Of a stretch of DNA of 64,000 nt, positions 58,167 to 64,000 are shown in pieces. The DNA lies in the IMG/VR virus record IMGVR_UViG_3300037420_001376, positions 1 to 64,000 of that record. One strand, 5' to 3'. The notes beneath the pieces are model-generated. The model saw nothing but the letters and a program-made list of their open reading frames with translations. It was not told the origin of the DNA and did not search any database. Numbering within the stretch: the stretch's first letter is position 1; each line of letters begins with the position of its first letter. Position numbers and translations under genes: made by a program. The DNA is from a virus (lineage: Duplodnaviria > Caudoviricetes).

Positions 58167-59420
58167 TTATGTTATTCCTGTCTTTTTCTTTGATGCTACG
58201 CTTTCTTTAGAGTTAATTGCACCCTCTCTGTGGTCTGCATAGCGATCTTCTTTTTTGAAGAAATCGTTAAGAAATGTTTCGGTATCCCCGCCATCCTCGT
58301 CGATGTCACACACATCATTAAAGGTACACCAGTTACAATGATCACCGGGATTTTTAGTTATCGGTAATATTCCATTTCGTACACTGGCCATGACCTGTGC
58401 GTCATCAGCGATACGCGATATTTGCCTAAGTCGATTAGCTTTATTTCTACGAACGATATCTCTCCAAAAAAGCGCAGCTCCCTGATTTTTCGAGATTTCT
58501 CCATAGACTTTTATCCCGGCTTTAGCAGCAATAGCTGCAAGTTGAGTTAGATTGATCCCTTTAAAATCTGATTCTGACATAAATGTCAAAGCTTCTTTGT
58601 AATGTTTAATCTGAGGATTATTTCTCAGTCGCCCTTGTTCGTCTCTGACGCCATCCATAGGCTTAGCCTTGCGAGCAAACGAGAAAATAAAATCTCGGAC
58701 CTCTTCGTCTTTGTTGATTAAGCCCTTTGACTTCAGAAACGAATTAATGACAGAAATATATGTGCCTAGTTGATCGTCTTTATTGAGCGATTTCATGGTG
58801 CGCCGGTCGCGCGTGGTCTTCCAGTCGATCACCTTGGGCTGGCGCTTTCCAGAGGCGTGATCGAACACGGTCAGGTCGAACGTGCCAATGACCGTGACGA
58901 TGTGGTCGCCAGCGTGCGGACCTCGGGGGTACCCAAACCCACCCCAGAAGTCTTTAGATGAGGCTTCTTTTTGACGACTATTAAAAGGTACGTTGAAACG
59001 GAATCTTTGTTCTGGCGCGATGACTTCCCAAGCCGGATCTAAATTCCACTGAGCAAGTTGTCCATTGATCATAATATGCCCAAGTTCCTGGGCATCAACA
59101 AAATCTCTTTCTGCATCCTCATCAAAATATGGAAAAGCTGCTATTTTTACATAAGCATCTTTCATGATGGTATCCCACAGTTCATGAATTTCTGAGTGAT
59201 TAGAAATGCCACGAACAAAACCATCATTACCAGGGGGCGTGTAAACTTCTGCCCACAATAGGTGCCAACATGTTCCAAACCATGCAGCGTTTTGTAGTGG
59301 TGCTTTAGGTACCCAACCTTCTTCCCATCCCCACCACCATTTTTGCTGACATTCTTTAAAGTCTTTACGCTCACTATTTCGCAACAAAGGCGTGCCACTA
59401 AAAATATTATTATTGGTCAT
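58167..59420 (-). CDS. Cas4/RecB-like PD-(D/E)xK exonuclease
   Basis: N-terminal Cys (KECQQKW), GTFDL...IDWKT nuclease motifs, C-terminal CNWC...C; start moved to ATG 59420. Confidence 0.85.
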   Translation of the reverse strand: MTNNNIFSGTPLLRNSERKDFKECQQKWWWGWEEGWVPKAPLQNAAWFGTCWHLLWAEVYTPPGNDGFVRGISNHSEIHELWDTIMKDAYVKIAAFPYFDEDAERDFVDAQELGHIMINGQLAQWNLDPAWEVIAPEQRFRFNVPFNSRQKEASSKDFWGGFGYPRGPHAGDHIVTVIGTFDLTVFDHASGKRQPKVIDWKTTRDRRTMKSLNKDDQLGTYISVINSFLKSKGLINKDEEVRDFIFSFARKAKPMDGVRDEQGRLRNNPQIKHYKEALTFMSESDFKGINLTQLAAIAAKAGIKVYGEISKNQGAALFWRDIVRRNKANRLRQISRIADDAQVMASVRNGILPITKNPGDHCNWCTFNDVCDIDEDGGDTETFLNDFFKKEDRYADHREGAINSKESVASKKKTGIT

Positions 59421-59632
59421 AGCCGCCTCGAATCTCCAACGACACAATACACTTGCCAGTCCTTACGTAAAGGATATAAAACCACAGTTCTTACGAAAAA
59501 TGTTTGATCTTGTGGTTGGTCATCACTAACAGAAAAGTCTATTTCAGTATTTACTGTTGGAATAGCATCCATTTCTACAATATAATTAATATTACCTCTA
59601 GCGGAACCGACACCAGTAAAATAAACCTTCAT
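59417..59632 (-). CDS. hypothetical protein
   Basis: Start moved to ATG 59632 (GGAGGT RBS). Confidence 0.65.
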   Translation of the reverse strand: MKVYFTGVGSARGNINYIVEMDAIPTVNTEIDFSVSDDQPQDQTFFVRTVVLYPLRKDWQVYCVVGDSRRL

Positions 59633-59634
59633 TT

Positions 59635-59961
59635 TCACACCTCCACAAGTAGTGGGCATTCATAAGCTTCTGCATTAAATGGACCAAATGGGATAATTCT
59701 TACAGCGTTTCCTACAATCCCTGCTTTATGTAGTGCAGCGAAAAGACCTTCGTGTTCAGAATAATCCCCATAGATAAGAATATTACCCTCATCAGGACTT
59801 ATTCCGTAATCGACAAGATTAACCGTAGCTGTCATGAGCGGTTCACCAATAGCATTTTTAATGACCAAAGCCGTTTGACCGTTAGAATATTTTCCGCTTT
59901 CAACGATAGCCTGATCCGCCACAGCATACTTAGTTTTAAAACCGTGAATAATTCTACTCAT
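59635..59961 (-). CDS. hypothetical protein
   Basis: In operon. Confidence 0.7.
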   Translation of the reverse strand: MSRIIHGFKTKYAVADQAIVESGKYSNGQTALVIKNAIGEPLMTATVNLVDYGISPDEGNILIYGDYSEHEGLFAALHKAGIVGNAVRIIPFGPFNAEAYECPLLVEV

Positions 59962-60139
59962 CCAAGAACCTCTTCAACTCTCTGTAATGGTCTGGGCACA
60001 AGTCTCTTTCTTTACCCAAAAGAACTTCTTCTACCAACCACCCATTATCTTTTGCATAGTTTTCACCATATGCTGTAAGAGTTTCTGGGCAATCAGGGAT
60101 ATCACATTCCCAAGTAAACGCAGTTAAAGATTTGCGCAT
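59954..60139 (-). CDS. small Cys-containing hypothetical protein
   Basis: CDIPDC...DLCPDH. Confidence 0.65.
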   Translation of the reverse strand: MRKSLTAFTWECDIPDCPETLTAYGENYAKDNGWLVEEVLLGKERDLCPDHYRELKRFLDE

Positions 60140-60174
60140 TAAAACGAATTTCCGTTCGCTCGGTTTAAGTTAGA

Positions 60175-60224
60175 GGAAATCCCTGCCAGGGGAGGTCAGT
60201 CACCCCGGCAGGGATTCCTTTTTT
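60175..60224. terminator. GC-rich stem-loop terminator
   Basis: 16-bp stem with two bulges; T6 tract lies on the + strand. Confidence 0.7.
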
Positions 60225-60251
60225 AGCGTAGATCCATTACGCTAAACTTTT

Positions 60252-60770
60252 TTACTTCTTGCGAGTAATCCGACGCTTTTCGCCAGAATCAGAACCATTT
60301 TGAGCGGATTCAACTGCAGCGGCCAAATCTGCGCCACTTAAATCCTTACCCTCACGCAATGCAGCCGCGCGTGCCAGGGCCTCTGCCACCTTTGCCTGCA
60401 TTTTCTGAGCGGTACGCTCAGCCCGACGAGCGGCTTTCTCAGCCTTAATTTCCTCATCAGACATTCCGGCAAACTGCTTCTTTTCCTCTTCACGCTGACG
60501 CTTACGCTCTTCACGCTCAGCCTTGCGCTCGGGAGTATCGGCCCATTCAGTACGGAGAGCCAAAACAGCCTTTACAAGATTCGGAGAAATCTCCAAACCG
60601 GCTTCTTTTACCTTTTCGTCTGCGTTAATGTAGTTGGCTAAAGACTCATGAGCCTCGGTGTACTTTGTGAAATCGCGCTCCTGCTTCTCACCCTTGGGAC
60701 GACCGCGCTTTTTCGGTGCCTCGGTAACCTCGGTGCTCTCGGGAGCCTCTGCCTCAACAGTTGCAGTCAT
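60252..60770 (-). CDS. charged Ala-rich protein with AT-hook-like motif
   Basis: PKKRGRPKG; long Glu/Arg/Ala helix; long leader and following hairpin. Confidence 0.75.
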   Translation of the reverse strand: MTATVEAEAPESTEVTEAPKKRGRPKGEKQERDFTKYTEAHESLANYINADEKVKEAGLEISPNLVKAVLALRTEWADTPERKAEREERKRQREEEKKQFAGMSDEEIKAEKAARRAERTAQKMQAKVAEALARAAALREGKDLSGADLAAAVESAQNGSDSGEKRRITRKK

Positions 60771-60839
60771 GTTCTTTCCTATCTATCTGTAGTGCTCTAC
60801 TCAAGTTCTCCGCGTCTTTCGTCTTCGGAGTCGCTTTCT

Positions 60840-60868
60840 AACCTAGTCGATTGCATCAAATGATGCAA
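60840..60868 (-). promoter_or_regulatory. SigA-type promoter overlapped by palindromic operator
   Basis: TTGCAT-17 nt-TAGGTT; TTGCATCA-N2-TGATGCAA palindrome at 60851-60868. Confidence 0.55.
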
Positions 60869-60873
60869 GGAAA

Positions 60874-61221
60874 TCAAGAATCTTTTTCGGGTCGATTTTG
60901 ACCAAACGGGCCACGCCGTTTGAACCTAAGCCCACTGCTTCTATATGAGGGCGCTCGCGCTATGTTGCGCACGACTGCCGGTGGTCCAGAATCCTCACGT
61001 GGCGGGTATGGCATGTTCGAGTCAAATGCTTCTCTGCGACGCGCTGATCTTTCTAATTCAGCATCGATAACATCTGGATCGGTTAAAATGTCTATCCTTT
61101 CTTGTTTCTCTCGTTCTAGAATTTCTACTTGACGCCAAAGAATAAATAGCATCCGGCCATACACTAACGCGAACAAACCCACGCCAATTAAAACTGTGAC
61201 AACCACTTCTCCATTACTCAT
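60874..61221 (-). CDS. membrane protein
   Basis: N-terminal TM VVVTVLIGVGLFALVYG. Confidence 0.7.
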   Translation of the reverse strand: MSNGEVVVTVLIGVGLFALVYGRMLFILWRQVEILEREKQERIDILTDPDVIDAELERSARRREAFDSNMPYPPREDSGPPAVVRNIARAPSYRSSGLRFKRRGPFGQNRPEKDS

Positions 61222-61372
61222 GAACCTTCACACTTTCTATATTACACACTTTTGAAGCAAAACAGCAATTGCAATTAACCCAAACTAAACCTCGTTTAGT
61301 GTTAACTTTTTCTATAATTCCTGAAAATGATCCTCGCCCATCAGTAACTATTACATAGTCACCTTTTTTCAT
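61214..61372 (-). CDS. small KOW/SH3-like protein (52 aa, not in ORF track)
   Basis: MKKGDYVIVTDGRGSFSGIIEKV...; ATGA overlap with helicase stop. Confidence 0.65.
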   Translation of the reverse strand: MKKGDYVIVTDGRGSFSGIIEKVNTKRGLVWVNCNCCFASKVCNIESVKVHE

Positions 61373-63393
61373 GCCACTTTCTTTTCTTGTCGCTTCTTTG
61401 TCATTTGGATCAACTGTCGTACATAAATTACGCCACGTTGCTTGTCGAGAATTGATTTGGCAGAATCTTCTCGTTGAACATTAGTTATTGCGATATCTTC
61501 GTCAATGGTCCCAAGCGAAGCAAGATACCAAACCGTGACATTGTGATTTCTACTAACCCGATATGCACGGTTTTCGACTTGCTCTTGATCGTCCGGTATC
61601 CAGGTTTGGTCGCAGATAACCACATCATCGGCGGCGTCCAACGTAAGTGAAACACCACCAGCCTTGGTATTAATAAGGACCACCATTTCGTCTTGGTTTG
61701 AATCATCTTGGAATCTATTTTTGATGTAAGACCGTTCATCAGGCTTAGTTTTTCCTGTCAGTGTGAAGTGCTTTATTTTCTTGCTGTCCAAATACTCACT
61801 AAGTGCATCAATAAATCCTGTAAACTGGCTAGCAACAATCGTTTTAGTTCCTGCGTCAATACGATCAACCAAAAATTGTTCAATCCACTCAGCCTTATTG
61901 GACAAAATTTCATTATTCTTTTTAATAATCGGCTTGACATCGTAATTAGAATTACGCTCCAAACAAGCATTGGCAACTTGTTTGAGCCTGGTCATTTCCG
62001 CTAGCACACCATTAACATCAATGGTGTCTCCCATTTCATCAATGGTGAGCAATGCGTCATCAACAACTTTGTCATACTGAGCCTGTTGTTTTTGACCCAT
62101 AGGCAACCACACAGCAATGGGGGAATTTAAATCATGAGGATGCAGATGTGTACCACCGTTAAACTTCTCACCTATTTCAATTAACTTTTTCGCCTTAAGT
62201 TCAGTATATGTACGGCGTACCATATAAGGCTGAAGCTCTTTGAAAAATCTTTTTTCGTCAAGAATACTTCCGCCTTTGGCAATTCCTGATCCCCATTGAC
62301 TCCCGGTATTGACGATTCCATAATGTCGCTTTACCCAATTCCAATAAGAAGTATATTTTTTAGGAGCCAGCCAATTTAGGGTTCCCCAAAGATTTTCAGT
62401 CTTTCCACGAAATGGCGTGCCACTAATTGCGATCTGCAAGCCTCCATCTTTAATGGTAAGGGCGCCCAAGCCCAATCTTTGTGCAGATTGTTTTTTCTTA
62501 TTTCCAGATGCACCTGCCAATGTTTGATGGGACTCATCAACGATAACCGCAGACCATCTAATAGCGAACAGATCAGCAAGTCCCTCGTTGACTGTGCGAA
62601 CAATTTTGTGTCCTTTAGCATCATATTTATAGTTGCCATAGTCGTCTAACTCCGGTCTAATACGTAAATAATTAGGACCACATAACACCCACACGCGAAG
62701 ATTAGGATTGGATGCACAATGATCTGCTACCGCCTTAAGAGTTAGTTTTCTCTCTAAAGGTTTCATATCTCCGGTAATAGGAAAAACCAACTCATCTTCA
62801 ACTTCATCCAAACCTAGCCATTGTTCGATTTCATCGGGCCACGTGACGTGCACCGCCGACTTTGGGGCCACCACCAAAATTGGTCCACGTATGTCGCGCT
62901 CAGCCACAGCGGCAAGGGTTTGAATCGTCTTACCTAACCCCGGCACATCAGCCAGCAGCACATTAGATTGACCCACCATAAAAGCTGCACCGGGAATTTG
63001 CCACGGTTTTTTCTCCATTGCAGCAATTAATTTTGGGCGTTCTTTACGTAAACGAGGTAGCCACTGTGACTGATCTGCGAGAAAATCGTCAGGTTTGAGT
63101 AAGTTGGCGTAACGTTGTTTTTCCCCTCGTATCCAATTTGCAAGGGGGCCGTCAATAAATAATTTTCCCCCAAAATACTTCGCAACTGATGCGATATCCT
63201 TTGCGGTTTCCATATCGAGTGGCGCATGAAAAAACCCAGCTCCCTTGTCATACCGTAAACCCGCCACACGTTCTTTGAGCAGCGGTCCAACTTCTACGCC
63301 ATTAACGGCAAAAGGAAAATCAATCCAGATTCTATCCTTTGAGTCACGCAGTCCGATTCGCCACTGCGACGGTAAGGTCATTAGCGACACCAT
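61369..63393 (-). CDS. SNF2-family DNA helicase
   Basis: LADVPGLGKT, IVDESH, SGTP, AGGVSLTL, QVENRAYR motifs. Confidence 0.92.
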   Translation of the reverse strand: MVSLMTLPSQWRIGLRDSKDRIWIDFPFAVNGVEVGPLLKERVAGLRYDKGAGFFHAPLDMETAKDIASVAKYFGGKLFIDGPLANWIRGEKQRYANLLKPDDFLADQSQWLPRLRKERPKLIAAMEKKPWQIPGAAFMVGQSNVLLADVPGLGKTIQTLAAVAERDIRGPILVVAPKSAVHVTWPDEIEQWLGLDEVEDELVFPITGDMKPLERKLTLKAVADHCASNPNLRVWVLCGPNYLRIRPELDDYGNYKYDAKGHKIVRTVNEGLADLFAIRWSAVIVDESHQTLAGASGNKKKQSAQRLGLGALTIKDGGLQIAISGTPFRGKTENLWGTLNWLAPKKYTSYWNWVKRHYGIVNTGSQWGSGIAKGGSILDEKRFFKELQPYMVRRTYTELKAKKLIEIGEKFNGGTHLHPHDLNSPIAVWLPMGQKQQAQYDKVVDDALLTIDEMGDTIDVNGVLAEMTRLKQVANACLERNSNYDVKPIIKKNNEILSNKAEWIEQFLVDRIDAGTKTIVASQFTGFIDALSEYLDSKKIKHFTLTGKTKPDERSYIKNRFQDDSNQDEMVVLINTKAGGVSLTLDAADDVVICDQTWIPDDQEQVENRAYRVSRNHNVTVWYLASLGTIDEDIAITNVQREDSAKSILDKQRGVIYVRQLIQMTKKRQEKKVA

Positions 63394-63847
63394 CCTTTAT
63401 ATGAAATTGATTCCAAGGATTATCAAAATAATTCTCGCCAAGATATGTTATTTCACTAGAGTAGGACTCATAAAACTCTGGCAGCTCTAAGTGATAGCGT
63501 CCATAATCGCGCTTAACCATTTTCTTTTCTCGTTGGCTATAAACCATTTCTGCAAAAGTGATGACTTCCTTGTTCTTAAACTTCTTCTTCTCTCGACCGT
63601 CAACAACAAATTTACGACGAGGTCTAGCGTTATGCGTCTCACAAGCGCGCTTTGCCGATTTCATTCGACTAATAGTGTAAGTATGTGGTAGTCGACGCCA
63701 TATGCGTTTTGCAGGGTCTTTGGTGTAATACATATAAAAAGCTTCCCACTGGATACCCTCGCCAATAACCTTATACTTATATTTATTGACGTAATACGTT
63801 GTCTCATAGTGACCGGCATAAATTCGATCCCAATAAAGATCAGTCAT
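63344..63847 (-). CDS. hypothetical protein
   Basis: Start moved to ATG 63847. Confidence 0.65.
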   Translation of the reverse strand: MTDLYWDRIYAGHYETTYYVNKYKYKVIGEGIQWEAFYMYYTKDPAKRIWRRLPHTYTISRMKSAKRACETHNARPRRKFVVDGREKKKFKNKEVITFAEMVYSQREKKMVKRDYGRYHLELPEFYESYSSEITYLGENYFDNPWNQFHIKDGVANDLTVAVANRTA

Positions 63848-63962
63848 TGTCTTTTTCTGCCTCTCGGTTAACCCTATCAATTCTTTCAGGGCAATTTTGT
63901 GCTTGAGGGAATAGACAGTGTTCAAACATTCCGCATTCCTGACATTGACTTGGCCTAGGCAT
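63840..63962 (-). CDS. small Cys-rich protein (40 aa, not in ORF track)
   Basis: MPRPSQCQECGMFEHC...; AGGAG RBS. Confidence 0.5.
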   Translation of the reverse strand: MPRPSQCQECGMFEHCLFPQAQNCPERIDRVNREAEKDND

Positions 63963-64000
63963 TATTACTCCTGATAATCTGCAATACGAATAGGCTGAAA

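Noticed and set aside
61239-61268. Apparent TTGCTG-18-TAATAT promoter
   Set aside because: Lies inside a coupled 52-aa ORF; cannot be separated from chance in AT-rich DNA

Overview
This window is most of the genome of a long-tailed (siphovirus-type) dsDNA phage. GC is roughly 40-45% by eye, and essentially every gene is on the minus strand. In transcription order (right to left) it holds: an SNF2 helicase; a Cas4-like nuclease/AAA ATPase/SSB-like recombination block; tRNA-Leu(UAA) and tRNA-Lys(UUU); DnaE; a RuvC-like resolvase; small accessory genes; primase-helicase; an iteron-like repeat cluster; terminase; portal; an array of nine very basic small proteins; a JAB/JAMM protease; MuF-like, scaffold, decoration and major capsid genes; connectors; tail genes (2393-aa tape measure, SGNH-domain tail proteins); and a lysin A/lysin B/holin cassette. 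The lysis genes point to a mycolic-acid host (Mycobacteriales). No integrase or repressor is visible in the window. Three things stand out. (1) A ~990-nt, densely structured, apparently non-coding RNA lies on the opposite (+) strand with its own promoter-like and terminator signals and an embedded tRNA-Pro(AGG)-like module; it resembles GOLLD in size and layout, but the family is unverified. (2) An intact JAMM protease sits in the head module, while scaffold and capsid share an N-terminal PIFGG|T motif, suggesting a deubiquitinase-like head maturation system. (3) The basic proteins form a tandem paralog array with shared N-terminal motifs. Several start codons were moved from the ORF track using RBS and overlap evidence, and several ORFs under 60 aa were added by manual translation. 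Function calls come from motif recognition only; no database searches were run.
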